A DNA stretch of 64,000 bases from Gloeobacteraceae cyanobacterium SOY_34_metabat_159 (GCA_031399965.1 JANNPH010000002.1:7373-71372); one strand, 5' to 3'. Counted from the first letter of the stretch, positions 1 to 9,947 are shown. Notes: generated by a model from the sequence alone, not told the origin. Made by a program: numbers and translations.

Positions 1-224
1 TCGGCCAGCAAGCAACGATTACCGGCGAAGGCTTTACCGGAGAACTGGAAGGTGATGTCGTGCGGGTCGGGCTCTCGGTGTCCGCCCAGAGCGTGCTTGC
101 CAGTAGACCGGGAGCGGACAGCGACCGCAAAGTCGTGGAGGTGCGCGTCCGCCTCACCCCGGCCTCCTCGCGGCGGGCAGCGGGACTGACCAACCACCAG
201 GTCGAAGCGAGGATCCGGCTTTGA
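1..224 (+). CDS. devB: DevB-like membrane fusion protein (HlyD family), C-terminal fragment running off the window
   Basis: Frame 3 is open from the window edge and ends ...DRKVVEVRVRLTPASSRRAAGLTNHQVEARIRL*, a typical DevB-family C-terminus. Its stop (222-224) overlaps the devC-like start at 221. Confidence 0.75.
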   Translation, partial: GQQATITGEGFTGELEGDVVRVGLSVSAQSVLASRPGADSDRKVVEVRVRLTPASSRRAAGLTNHQVEARIRL

Positions 225-1384
225 AAGTAACCTGGGTCCGCTTCAAAACGCCGCTGGCCTGGCTGCAGGTGACCCGCGAGAAGACCCGCCTCGCGGTGGC
301 CCTGGCGGGTATCGCCTTCGCCAACATCCTGATGTTTATGCAGTTGGGCTTTCTGGGGGCGCTCTTCACGAGCATTACCATTCCCCACAAGAGCCTCCAG
401 GGCGACCTGGTGATCGTCCAGGCGCAGTACGAGACGCTCTTTTCAATTCGTAGCTTCAGCCGCGACCGCCTGCTTGCCGCCCTCGCCTGCCCGGAGGTCG
501 CCTCGGTCAATCCGCTTTCGGTTGCCCCGGCCATCTGGCGCAACCCGGTTACGCGCACCGGCCGCGCCATCCTGGTGTTCGGAGTAAGTCCCGAGCGCCC
601 GGCCTTTGCCGCAGCCGTGGCCGACCTCGAACCGCTCAAAATTCCTGACCGGGTGCTTTTCGACCGCGCTGCCCGGCCCGAGTACGGCCCGGTCGCCTCG
701 ACCTACGCAGCAGGAGAGCGGGTCGTTACCGAGCTGAGTGACCGCCAGGTCGAAGTGGAGGGACTATTTTCGGTCGGTCCTTCTTTTGCGGCCGACGGCA
801 ACATCATCACTTCCGAGACGACCTTCTTGCGGCTCTTCCCGGAGCGTTCTCCCAGCAAGATCGAGGTCGGGCTTTTGATGCTCAAGCCGGGGGCGGACCC
901 GATCCAGGTCCAGAGGGAACTGGCAGGACGGTTGCCCCCAGATGTCAAGGTGCTCACCCCGCAGAGCTTTGCCCAACTGGAGGCCGACTACTGGGCAGGC
1001 AGCACAGGCATCGGCTTCATCTTCGGGCTGGGGACGATCGTCGGTTTCGTGGTCGGGGCTGTGATCGTCTACCAGATCCTTTACGCCGATGTCGCCGACC
1101 ACCTGAGCGAGTACGCGACTTTGAAGGCAATGGGTTATACCGACCGCTACCTGTTCGGGGTCGTGGTCCAGGAGGGACTGATCCTGGCTGTGCTCGGGTT
1201 CGTGCCAGGGGTAGTGCTCTCGCTCGGGCTCTACGTTGTTGCCCGAGAGGCGACCCTCTTTCCGATTTCCATGCCTTTTGATCGCCTGGTGCTGGTGCTG
1301 GTGCTCACCGTCGGGATGTGTGCTGCTTCGGCCCTGATTGCTGCTCGCAAACTGCAGGCGGCTGACCCCGCCGATATTTTCTGA
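221..1384 (+). CDS. devC: DevC-like ABC exporter permease (FtsX-type)
   Basis: 387 aa. It has an N-terminal TM segment, a large periplasmic loop and a C-terminal FtsX-like 3-TM bundle (GIGFIFGLGTIVGFVVGAVIVYQIL...LKAMGY). It sits between devB-like and devA-like genes. Confidence 0.85.
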   Translation: MKVTWVRFKTPLAWLQVTREKTRLAVALAGIAFANILMFMQLGFLGALFTSITIPHKSLQGDLVIVQAQYETLFSIRSFSRDRLLAALACPEVASVNPLSVAPAIWRNPVTRTGRAILVFGVSPERPAFAAAVADLEPLKIPDRVLFDRAARPEYGPVASTYAAGERVVTELSDRQVEVEGLFSVGPSFAADGNIITSETTFLRLFPERSPSKIEVGLLMLKPGADPIQVQRELAGRLPPDVKVLTPQSFAQLEADYWAGSTGIGFIFGLGTIVGFVVGAVIVYQILYADVADHLSEYATLKAMGYTDRYLFGVVVQEGLILAVLGFVPGVVLSLGLYVVAREATLFPISMPFDRLVLVLVLTVGMCAASALIAARKLQAADPADIF

Positions 1385-1391
1385 TCTCGAA

Positions 1392-2081
1392 ATGTTAAGG
1401 AGCACTCTCGTGGAAGAACCGGTCGTGACCATCGCCGCGCTGAACCACCGCTTCGGCGACAAAAATCTTGAACGGCAGGTGCTCTTCGAGATCGATCTCA
1501 AAGTCCAGCCTGGGGAAATCGTTTTACTCACCGGCCCCTCCGGTTGCGGCAAGACGACCCTGCTCACCCTGGTGGGCGGACTGCGCTCGGTGCAGCAGGG
1601 CAGCCTCGTCGTCCTAGATCAGCAGTTGGGCGGAGCAAGTCCTCCAGAACTGGTAAACGTCCGCCGCCAGATTGGCTACATCTTCCAGTCCCACAACCTG
1701 CTGCAGTTTCTCACCGCCCGCCAGAATGTGCGGATGGCTCTCGAACTGGACCCCAGGGCAACTGACATCGAAAACCGGACACAGCAGATCCTCGAAGCGG
1801 TAGGCCTCGGGGAGCGTCTCGACGACTATCCCGAGAAACTTTCCGGCGGCCAGAAACAGCGAGTGGCCATCGCCCGCGCTCTTGCCCACCGCCCGGCCCT
1901 GGTGCTCGCCGACGAACCGACGGCTGCCCTCGACAGCAAGTCCGGTCGCGCGGTGGTCGAGCTGATGCAGCACCTGTCCCGTGTCCAGCGCACAGCAGTC
2001 TTGATGGTGACCCACGACAACCGCATCCTCGACATCGCCGACCGGGTGATCAAGATGGAGGACGGTTATATCTGCACCTGA
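1392..2081 (+). CDS. devA: DevA-like ABC transporter ATP-binding protein
   Basis: Walker A GPSGCGKTT, signature LSGGQKQRVAIARAL, Walker B LVLADEPT. The ATG at 1392 lies just after the devC stop; the ORF-track start at 1338 overlaps devC. Confidence 0.9.
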   Translation: MLRSTLVEEPVVTIAALNHRFGDKNLERQVLFEIDLKVQPGEIVLLTGPSGCGKTTLLTLVGGLRSVQQGSLVVLDQQLGGASPPELVNVRRQIGYIFQSHNLLQFLTARQNVRMALELDPRATDIENRTQQILEAVGLGERLDDYPEKLSGGQKQRVAIARALAHRPALVLADEPTAALDSKSGRAVVELMQHLSRVQRTAVLMVTHDNRILDIADRVIKMEDGYICT

Positions 2082-2178
2082 GCAGCAGGTATTTCCGGCT
2101 GCCGAGATTTTGTGAAATTTTAAAAATCCGGCTGTAAAGTATTTTTGCTGTGCCAACGCGTCTTTTGTCTGATCTCTC

Positions 2179-3897
2179 ATGAGCGCATTGCGCACCCGTG
2201 CCGGTTCCATTTTGCTCGCCTGCGCCCTGCTGGCTTGTCCCGTCTTCGCCCAGGACCCCGACACACTGCAAACCACGGTTCCCAACAATGTCTGGGAATT
2301 TGAAAATGTCTATCCCACTTCCTGGCACGCTCAGGTACTTGCCGACATCAGAAACCTCCTGAGCCCTGGAGAGAAAGATCTCTTCAAGGGCAATGCAGCT
2401 TTGTCGCGCTACCGGTTTGCTGAGGCCCTGGCTCAGGTGCTGGGCGAATCGGATCGACAACTGGAGACTGGAACTGCTACCGCCTGGACGCGCTCCCAGT
2501 TAGACGCGCTTACCCGACTGGCACAGGAGTTTGAAGCGGAACTGGCGGTATTGCGCACAAACACAACCCGGCTGGAGGGCCGGCTCGCACAAGTCGAGGA
2601 GAGCCGTTTCAGCTCGTTTTCCAAGCTCGACGGCTCGGTGGTGATGGCTATCACCGGCGGCGGCGGCTGTTCAGGCTGCACCATCCGTACGGGCGTGCCG
2701 GCCGAATCGTTCCCCGCTTCCCCCGCTTTCGGCGACGCCCTGGAGGCAGTGACTTTGCCCATCAACCAGGCCAACACAAGTTTCGTCGGTCGCACCACGC
2801 TCAACTTGCGGGCCTCTTTCACAGGCAACGATGAGTTGCGTCTGCGCATGCGGGGCGTCACCGGTCAGGACATTAGCGCCGCCCTGCCGGGTATCGCCAG
2901 CGGCATCGGCGTGCTCATCTTCGCCGGTGGTCCCCAGGGTACTTCCTTCGACGGCTCTACTATCGGGGTGAGCACGAGCGGTAATGCCAGCTTCAATATC
3001 GACGAAGTGCGCTACATCTTCAGCGTCAGCGAGTCGCTGCGCTTCTACGTCGGGCCGCGACTGGAGATTTCCGAATACCTCGACACCAATAGCTTCGCCA
3101 ACAGTGAAGAGATTGACGTCACAGGGGGCCTGTTCACCAATAGCCCGCTACTGACCTTCGTCTTCTTTGGCCCCGGTGTCGGTTTCGACTGGGATATCGG
3201 CGACGCGCTCTCACTGCGAGGCATCTACATTGCCAACAACGGTGGAGCCGCAACGGGCAATGTCCGCACCGATACTAACCAGTTCGGGGTGCCGGTGGGT
3301 GGCTTCGGGGCCGGTGGGCTCTTCGGCGGTGAGACAACGCTGGTCGGGGAGCTGGAGGTTCGCCCCGGCCCCGGTGCCGCCATCAAACTGCAGTATGGGC
3401 ATCTGGTGGACCAGGGCGGGATTCTGGGGTCGATTACCCTGCCCTCGCTGATTTCCAACAGCGTCACCGATGCCTGGGGTGTCAATTTCGAGTGGGCGGT
3501 GACCCCCTCTCTGGCTGTATTCGGCCGCTACAGCTTCGGCAACGTCAGCGTCAACGGGTTGCCCGACGCCCAGGCCCTGTTCTCGACTGTCACTCTGAAT
3601 ACCTGGCAGGCCGGCTTGACGCTGCCAGATTTTGGGGGTGAGGGCAATGCACTTGCCGTGACCGTGGCACAACCGTTGCGAGCCTTCACCGGCACTGTGG
3701 ACGGTCTACTCGGGCCGGGAGTGCGCACTTCGCTGGTGCCGAGCGGTGTCGAGACCGATGTTCAGGTCTTCTGGCGCTTCCAACTGAGCGACCGGCTCAG
3801 CATCACCCCGATGGTGCAGTTCATCGCCCAACCGGTCAATTCGCAAAGCAGCAACGGCTTAACCATCGGCGTATTGCGGGCAGTCTTCAGCTTCTAG
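2179..3897 (+). CDS. Cyanobacterial outer-membrane porin (N-terminal SLH domain plus OprB-type beta-barrel)
   Basis: Signal peptide ...CPVFAQ, SLH-like segment (WHAQVLADI...SRYRFAEALAQVL), coiled-coil linker, Gly/Ser/Thr-rich alternating barrel region, and C-terminal aromatic ...AVFSF. Confidence 0.85.
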   Translation: MSALRTRAGSILLACALLACPVFAQDPDTLQTTVPNNVWEFENVYPTSWHAQVLADIRNLLSPGEKDLFKGNAALSRYRFAEALAQVLGESDRQLETGTATAWTRSQLDALTRLAQEFEAELAVLRTNTTRLEGRLAQVEESRFSSFSKLDGSVVMAITGGGGCSGCTIRTGVPAESFPASPAFGDALEAVTLPINQANTSFVGRTTLNLRASFTGNDELRLRMRGVTGQDISAALPGIASGIGVLIFAGGPQGTSFDGSTIGVSTSGNASFNIDEVRYIFSVSESLRFYVGPRLEISEYLDTNSFANSEEIDVTGGLFTNSPLLTFVFFGPGVGFDWDIGDALSLRGIYIANNGGAATGNVRTDTNQFGVPVGGFGAGGLFGGETTLVGELEVRPGPGAAIKLQYGHLVDQGGILGSITLPSLISNSVTDAWGVNFEWAVTPSLAVFGRYSFGNVSVNGLPDAQALFSTVTLNTWQAGLTLPDFGGEGNALAVTVAQPLRAFTGTVDGLLGPGVRTSLVPSGVETDVQVFWRFQLSDRLSITPMVQFIAQPVNSQSSNGLTIGVLRAVFSF

Positions 3898-4245
3898 ACG
3901 AGCTGCGAGCAGGCCCTTCAGCGAGCCTGGAACAGCGTCGCCGGGTCGCCGCGCAATGGACAGAGGGTGCCGGACAGCTCCGGACAGGTCTTCTTACGAT
4001 GGAGCAGACAGCTTCGAGGGCTGTCCATGAGAGAACCCACCAGAACAGGCACAACAGCGAACCCGGCCAGGGGCGGACCCGAGAGCGAGAACAGCTTCCA
4101 GTCGCGCGCCGATTTTTTTACAACACCCCAGGCAGCCCGCCGGGTACATTTACGCTGCGTCGGCAATTGTTGGCGCTCCTGTCTGAGTCAACACCGATCT
4201 AGCAGGGGCAACCGTGAGAGACTGGTTTAATCCCCGAAGCATTCA

Positions 4246-5004
4246 TTGAGCCTGACAGTACTTTTAGCGGAGATTGCCGTGAATTCCAATCGCTCGGTAA
4301 AGCGCTCTGGTGAGCCAGAGGTTACCTCGGAGCGTCGTCAGGTCCAGAGGCCAGATCTGCGTGAATATCTTTTGCTCTTGAAATATGTCCTCAAGTACCT
4401 GACCGTGTTGAGAAAACAGCCTGAGCGCACGGAGTGTGTATTCTTACTACGCGCCTACGCCGACATCCTCATCCCCGGCCGTCACCTCGAATGCTTCCTG
4501 CAAGAGCACCCGCCCCTCCCCCAAGCGGGCGAGTTGGCGCAGTGCGCGCAGGGCAGTCTGGGTCACGCCTACGCCCGGCACCTGCGCTCCCTGGGGCAGC
4601 AGGACGGTACCGACATTGACTCGTACCGGTTGCAGGCAATTGCCATGGAAGAACCGCAGGGGGTAGCCCTGCGCCGTCGCTTCGAGGACGACCGCATCCG
4701 CCATCGCCAGGCAGTCCTGGCTAACCAGCATGACCTCTATCACCTCCTTACCGACTACGACACAAGCGATATTGGCGAGGTCAGCCTGCTTGCGTTTCAG
4801 GCTGCCCAGGTCGGCAACGGACTGAATATCCTGATTGGGTTGGGCGGCATCTTTCGCACCCTCGGTCGTGGGCAGTGGCGAGGGGTGTTCTCGGTCTGGT
4901 CGAGTTACCGCCGGGGCAAACAGACGAAGACACTGTTGACGACTGATTGGGAAAGCCGCTGGCACCAGCCGCTCGACCGGGTGCGCACAGAACTGGGTCT
5001 TTAG
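4246..5004 (+). CDS. Coq4-family protein
   Basis: Contains HDLYHLLTDYDTSDIGE, an exact HDxxH-x11-E Coq4 zinc-ligand motif. The start codon is uncertain (TTG at 4246; other in-frame starts lie downstream). Confidence 0.65.
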   Translation: MSLTVLLAEIAVNSNRSVKRSGEPEVTSERRQVQRPDLREYLLLLKYVLKYLTVLRKQPERTECVFLLRAYADILIPGRHLECFLQEHPPLPQAGELAQCAQGSLGHAYARHLRSLGQQDGTDIDSYRLQAIAMEEPQGVALRRRFEDDRIRHRQAVLANQHDLYHLLTDYDTSDIGEVSLLAFQAAQVGNGLNILIGLGGIFRTLGRGQWRGVFSVWSSYRRGKQTKTLLTTDWESRWHQPLDRVRTELGL

Positions 5005-5107
5005 TGTTGGGTGGCTTAAGACGGCACACCAAAGCGTAGATGGCGGTAATGCCGCCGGTGTAGCACTGATCACCGGGCTTACCCTGTCTGTGCATGGTGG
5101 GCTGAGA

Positions 5108-8100
5108 TTAAGTCAGCAGTCCATTTAATAGAGCATCCACCTGCGCATCGGACAACTGATCTAGATCCTCCAGCAGCTGCCCGGCATTCTCTTCAGTCAC
5201 CGCCACGCTTGCCCAGTGGTGCTCGGCTCGCGCTTTGAGGAGCGTGAGCTGGTGCAGGTTGTGCAGCACGGCCTCCGAATCGACCCCAAAGTCGATCAAG
5301 CAGGCCACTTCATTGACACCAATCGCCTGCAGCCGCTCGATCATCGGCCAGCAGGTGTCCGGCGTCCCAAAAAGTGCACTGGTCCGGAAGTAGCGCTCGA
5401 AGGCGTAGGTGAGTAAATCCGCTCGCTCGGTCGCACTCAGTTGCTCGGGGTCTTTTCGGGCCATCGACCGCCAGAGGTCTACAGAACTCTCTAGATATGC
5501 CGTGAATGGACCCCGCACCGCCTCGCGCACTGCCTCCAACTCCTCACCAACAAACGTGTGCAGCATCAAACTCACCTGCCCGGTTTTCGGGTCATGTCCG
5601 TGCGCTGAGCGCGCCATCCGGTAAGCAGCGATCTTCGGTGCCAGCTCCTCGACCGACTGAAACAATAGAGCCGTCAAAACATTCGCGCCAATCGCCCCGG
5701 CCTCAGAAAAGCGCTCCGCCCCACCGCTACAGGTAATCCAGATTTCGAGTTCCGGTTGCATCGGTAGGGGAAAGACTCTCACCTCCTGCAACTGCGCATT
5801 GCCGTCGGCAACGGAAATCGCTTCACCGCGCCAGAGCTTGCGTACGGTCTCAACCTGCTTGAAGAGCACATCCCGGCGATTGGCGTAGTGCTCGGGTGCA
5901 AGTACGAAGTCGTTCGCGTTCCAGCCCGTGGCGAAGGCGAGGTCCACCCGTCCGTGCGAGAGATTATCGACCACCGACCACTCCTCGACCACGCGGATCG
6001 GATTGTGTAGCGGCAGGACGACGCTCCCGGCCCGCAGCCGGACCCGATCAGTCGTCACCGCGAGCGCCGCACTCAACACGGACGGGTTTGGGTAGAGGCC
6101 GCCAAAAGCGTGAAAGTGGCGTTCAGGTGTCCAGACGGCGCTGAAGCCGTGATCGTCGGCAAACCTGGCCCCCTCCAGGAAAAGCCGGTACTTGCCCTGG
6201 TCAAATTCAGCCGCGTTGCTTGAAAAGTAGAAGAGGCTGAATTGCAGACCCTGGGACATCTCTCGGGGAGTGATTGCGGGCGCAGGACTTAGCACTTCTC
6301 GAACCGGACGGGATGGCGGCAGTACCGGTACGGCAGGCAAGGTCAACCCGGTCGCCATCTCTGCTGCCAGGTCGGCGACGCTGATGTCTTCTAGAAAGCG
6401 CGTCATCGGCAGGGCAATTTCAAGCTGTGCTTCGATCTGGCCTTTCAGTTCGACCGCCATCAACGAGTCGAGCCCCAGGTTGTTCAGGTACTGGTCAGGG
6501 TGCAACCGGGAGGCGGGAATCTTCAGCATCCGGGCGAGCTGTGCCTGCAGGTAGGACTGCAAAAATAGCGGGCGTTCGTCCGGAGGAAGCTCCAGTAGTG
6601 TTGAACGCCGCGGTGCTTCAATATCCACGACTAGTTCATCTAGAACACTGCTATCTACAACTTCCAGGCTGCCGCTCAAGAAACCGGCGCGGCAGGCGTG
6701 GCGCTGGATTTTGCCGCTCGAAGTCTTGGGGATGCTGCTGGTCTTGAGGAGCACGACCGCGTAGACTTCCAGTTCGTGCTCGCGGGCGACAGCCTGGCGA
6801 ATAGCGCTCACCACCGCCTCGAGATCCATTTCGCGGTGGTGGCGCACCAGTTCCTGCACGACGACCAGTCGCTCAGAGGGCTGCTCAATTGAAAAAGCGG
6901 CGTTGCTGCCCGCTAGAAGGGCCGGATGGCTCAGTTCCACCGTCCGTTCGATGTCTTGCGGGTAGTGGTTGCGGCCCCGAATGACGATCAGATCTTTCAG
7001 GCGTCCGGTGACGAAGAGTTCGCCCTCGTGCAAAAACCCAAGGTCGCCGGTGCGCAAGTATGGTTCAGCATCGCCAGTAAGGCGAGCTTCAAAGGTCTCA
7101 CGGCTCACCTCTGGCCGGTTGAAGTAACCTCGGGCAATATTTGGACCGGAGAGCCAGACCTCGCCAACCTGACCACCGGCACAGGGCAGGCATGTTACCG
7201 GATCGACGATCACCACCTGCTGCCCTGCCGGTGCACCGCCGCAACCCACCAGGGACCGGGAACCCTCGGCACCGGGCTGGGCGATGACCACCTGCCCGAG
7301 GGTGAGGGGAGCCGCCTCGACCCGGCAGGTTTTGAACTGGACTGTGCTGTTGCCGCCCGTGGCGAGTAGAGTCGCCTCGGCAAGCCCGTAGCAGGGGTAG
7401 AACGCCTCGGCCCGGAAGCCGCAGGGAGCAAAAGTGGCGGCAAAGCGTTCGAGGGTTTCGGCGCGGACGGGTTCAGCGCCATTGAAGGCGAGTCGCCAGC
7501 AACTGAGGTCGAGGGCTGCCAGTTGCTCCTGACTCACTTTGCGCTCGCACAGGTCGTAGGCAAAATTCGGCCCGCCGCTCGTGGTGATCCGGTAGCGCGA
7601 AATCGCCTCAAGCCAGCGCAGGGGCCGCTGCAAAAAAGCGGCAGGCGACATCAAGATGACCGGAGCCCCGACGTAGAGCGGTTCGAGGATGCCGCCGATA
7701 AGCCCCATGTCGTGGTAGGGCGGTAGCCAGAATAGGCCGCGACTGTCGTCGGGCGTGTCCGCGAAACAACGCTGAATTGCCGCGAGGTTAGAAAGAAGAT
7801 TGCCGTGGGTGAGCATCACTCCCTTGGGATCTGCTGTCGAACCCGAGGTGTACTGCAAGAAGGCGAGCGTCTCGCAGTCAAGTCGCGGCTCGTGCCACTC
7901 AGAAGCGGCCGACGTGGCAACCGTGTCGGTGGCCAGCCATTCAAGACCAGCAAGCTCGATGGGTTGGTGAACGCGCATGCCAAAAAGAGCTTCCGTGGTC
8001 AGGGCAATAGCAACCTCGGCGTCTCCCACGATGGCTTGCAATCGCTGGGCTGAACGGTTGCGCCGGGGCGGGTAGGCGGGTACCGCCACCAGACCCGCGT

Positions 8101-8341
8101 AGAGGCAACCGAAGAACGCTTCGAGGTAGTCGAGACCAGGTGGGTAAAGGAGCAAGGCCCGCTCACCTGCTGGTAGGCGTTCTTGTAGGCGGGCCGCCAG
8201 GGCGCGGGCGCGCCGGTCGAGTTGCCCGTAAGTGAGCGCTGATTCGGTCTCGCCGTCGGCTAAGAACGTGTAGGCGAGCCGGTCGGGTTGCTGGTGGGCG
8301 CGCATCTGCAGTAGAGCGACCAGGGTCGCGGTGTCCAGCAT
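5108..8341 (-). CDS. Tri-domain fatty acyl-AMP ligase (FAAL) - acyl carrier protein - luciferase-like (LLM, FMN-dependent) monooxygenase
   Basis: FAAL cores YTSGSTADPKGVMLTHGNL, GRLKDLIVIRGRNHYPQDIE and SSGKIQR. Carrier motif LGLDSLMAVELK. LLM region FSLFYFSS...GFSAVWTPERHFHAFGGLYPNPSV. The ATG at 8341 lies 5 nt after the PPTase stop. Confidence 0.9.
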   Translation of the reverse strand: MLDTATLVALLQMRAHQQPDRLAYTFLADGETESALTYGQLDRRARALAARLQERLPAGERALLLYPPGLDYLEAFFGCLYAGLVAVPAYPPRRNRSAQRLQAIVGDAEVAIALTTEALFGMRVHQPIELAGLEWLATDTVATSAASEWHEPRLDCETLAFLQYTSGSTADPKGVMLTHGNLLSNLAAIQRCFADTPDDSRGLFWLPPYHDMGLIGGILEPLYVGAPVILMSPAAFLQRPLRWLEAISRYRITTSGGPNFAYDLCERKVSQEQLAALDLSCWRLAFNGAEPVRAETLERFAATFAPCGFRAEAFYPCYGLAEATLLATGGNSTVQFKTCRVEAAPLTLGQVVIAQPGAEGSRSLVGCGGAPAGQQVVIVDPVTCLPCAGGQVGEVWLSGPNIARGYFNRPEVSRETFEARLTGDAEPYLRTGDLGFLHEGELFVTGRLKDLIVIRGRNHYPQDIERTVELSHPALLAGSNAAFSIEQPSERLVVVQELVRHHREMDLEAVVSAIRQAVAREHELEVYAVVLLKTSSIPKTSSGKIQRHACRAGFLSGSLEVVDSSVLDELVVDIEAPRRSTLLELPPDERPLFLQSYLQAQLARMLKIPASRLHPDQYLNNLGLDSLMAVELKGQIEAQLEIALPMTRFLEDISVADLAAEMATGLTLPAVPVLPPSRPVREVLSPAPAITPREMSQGLQFSLFYFSSNAAEFDQGKYRLFLEGARFADDHGFSAVWTPERHFHAFGGLYPNPSVLSAALAVTTDRVRLRAGSVVLPLHNPIRVVEEWSVVDNLSHGRVDLAFATGWNANDFVLAPEHYANRRDVLFKQVETVRKLWRGEAISVADGNAQLQEVRVFPLPMQPELEIWITCSGGAERFSEAGAIGANVLTALLFQSVEELAPKIAAYRMARSAHGHDPKTGQVSLMLHTFVGEELEAVREAVRGPFTAYLESSVDLWRSMARKDPEQLSATERADLLTYAFERYFRTSALFGTPDTCWPMIERLQAIGVNEVACLIDFGVDSEAVLHNLHQLTLLKARAEHHWASVAVTEENAGQLLEDLDQLSDAQVDALLNGLLT

Positions 8342-8346
8342 CGTTA

Positions 8347-9087
8347 CTACTCCGGGAAATTCCAGCACTGCAGTTGCCAGCCGCGACCAAAGACAGCGAG
8401 GGCTGCCATGTAGTCCGGATGCGGCTCCAAACTAGCAAGCGACCAGCGCGCCGCTTCTTCTGCGACCGGACGGGTATTGAGTAGAGCGGCCGGTTCCTCC
8501 GGCAAAACGGACACATCAAACTGGTCGAGTGGCAGGCTGAGCCCCTTGCCCGTCGCCTTCAAGTAAGCTTCTTTGCGGGTCCAGCAGGTATAGAAAGCCT
8601 GCTGCCGCCGCTCGGCCGGGAGCGACCGGAGGACGATATTTTCCCGCTCCGAGAAGCAGCGCTCAGCCAGGTCGTCGACTTCTTTAAGCGAAGCAATGCG
8701 CTCAATATCCACTCCGACCTCCCGCTCCAGGGCAACTGCGTAGAGCGCCAGTTCTCCTGAGTGTGAGACGTTGAAGTGTAGCCCGTTTCCACCAGCCAGG
8801 GCCGGCTTGCCCTGGGGACCGTAGCGAAATTGCAGGCAGTCAGGCGACACCTGCAAGTAGCGGCCGAGGACGGTTCTCAGTAGGCCCCGACCCACAACAA
8901 AGCGCCGCCTGTCGCGCTCAAAGTGAAAGCGCTCGGCCCGCTGCCGCTCGTCAGTCGAGAGCAGCATTTGTAGCTTTTGAGTGTCAGCAGAGGACCGATC
9001 GAGCCTGGCCACCCAGACGTGTACCGCGTCGGGCGATAGCTCCGGGATGCTCGCAGGCGGTGGCCTGAAACCTTCAACAGTCGCCAT
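8347..9087 (-). CDS. 4'-phosphopantetheinyl transferase (Sfp type)
   Basis: Motifs FNVSHSG, GVDIERI and WTRKEAYLKATGKG. Confidence 0.9.
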   Translation of the reverse strand: MATVEGFRPPPASIPELSPDAVHVWVARLDRSSADTQKLQMLLSTDERQRAERFHFERDRRRFVVGRGLLRTVLGRYLQVSPDCLQFRYGPQGKPALAGGNGLHFNVSHSGELALYAVALEREVGVDIERIASLKEVDDLAERCFSERENIVLRSLPAERRQQAFYTCWTRKEAYLKATGKGLSLPLDQFDVSVLPEEPAALLNTRPVAEEAARWSLASLEPHPDYMAALAVFGRGWQLQCWNFPE

Positions 9088-9889
9088 CGTGCACTAGCCC
9101 GAGGAGGTCCGCCGAGACTGCTTCGAGCAGCCCATCGCGGTCGGTGTGGATAAAAAAGTGGCCGCCCGCAAACAGGCGCACGCTCAAGGGCTGAGACGTC
9201 TGCAGTTGCCAGGCTGCCAGGTCGGCCCGGCTCACCCCGGTGTCTTCATCGCCCCCAAAAGCCGAAATTGGGCAATCGAGTGGTGCGCGTTCTGAGTAGA
9301 CGTAGGTCTCAGCAATCGAAAAATCGCCGCGCAACACCGGCAGCAACACCTGCATCAATTCTTGATGCTGCAAGATCGGCTCGGGTGTACCTCCCAGGCG
9401 ACGCAGGGCATCGATAAAAGGCGCGTCCGGTAACTGGTGGATTGGTGCCTCGCGCCGAGGAAGTTGGGGTGCGCCGCGACCGGAGACCAGCAGCGCAACG
9501 GGAGTAGGCAGTTGTCGAGCGCGCAGGGCGCAAGCCACCTCGAAGGCGACAATCGCTCCGAGGCTATGGCCAAAAAAGGCAAAAGGCTTATCCAGGTGCT
9601 CGGCCAGTTCGCTCAGCAACCCCTGCACGAGGCCTGCCAGATCACGGATCAGTACTTCTTTGAAGCGACCCTCCCGGCCAGGGGGCTGCACCGCGCAGAC
9701 CTCGACGGTGGGCGGGAGCGCTTGCGGCCAGGTCCGAAAAATCGAAGCTCCACCGCCCGCGTACGGAAAGCAAATCAGGCGCAACCGGGCCTGCGGATTG
9801 GGCCTCGGGTAGCTCACCCACGCGCTTGGGCTGGAGCCCCAGTGCCCAACTCCCGTAGGGGAGCACGTATCTTGATTCACCACGAACAT
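9074..9889 (-). CDS. Type II thioesterase (alpha/beta hydrolase)
   Basis: LICFPYAGGGASIFRTW, nucleophile elbow GHSLGAIVAFE, and C-terminal GGHFF. The start is set to the Met at 9889 because the longer ORF-track version overlaps the MbtH gene. Confidence 0.85.
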   Translation of the reverse strand: MFVVNQDTCSPTGVGHWGSSPSAWVSYPRPNPQARLRLICFPYAGGGASIFRTWPQALPPTVEVCAVQPPGREGRFKEVLIRDLAGLVQGLLSELAEHLDKPFAFFGHSLGAIVAFEVACALRARQLPTPVALLVSGRGAPQLPRREAPIHQLPDAPFIDALRRLGGTPEPILQHQELMQVLLPVLRGDFSIAETYVYSERAPLDCPISAFGGDEDTGVSRADLAAWQLQTSQPLSVRLFAGGHFFIHTDRDGLLEAVSADLLGLVHDGDC

Positions 9890-9947
9890 CCCTTGTTCAT
9901 GAGGGCCACCCGTGAAGACAGTTTCCGGCGAGTACCCGTCCAGCCCC

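Noticed and set aside
764-1567. 267-aa minus-strand ORF across the devC/devA junction.
   Set aside because: It is antisense to two well-supported genes, has an Arg/Pro/Ser-rich low-complexity composition and shows no recognisable motif. This is a typical high-GC shadow ORF.
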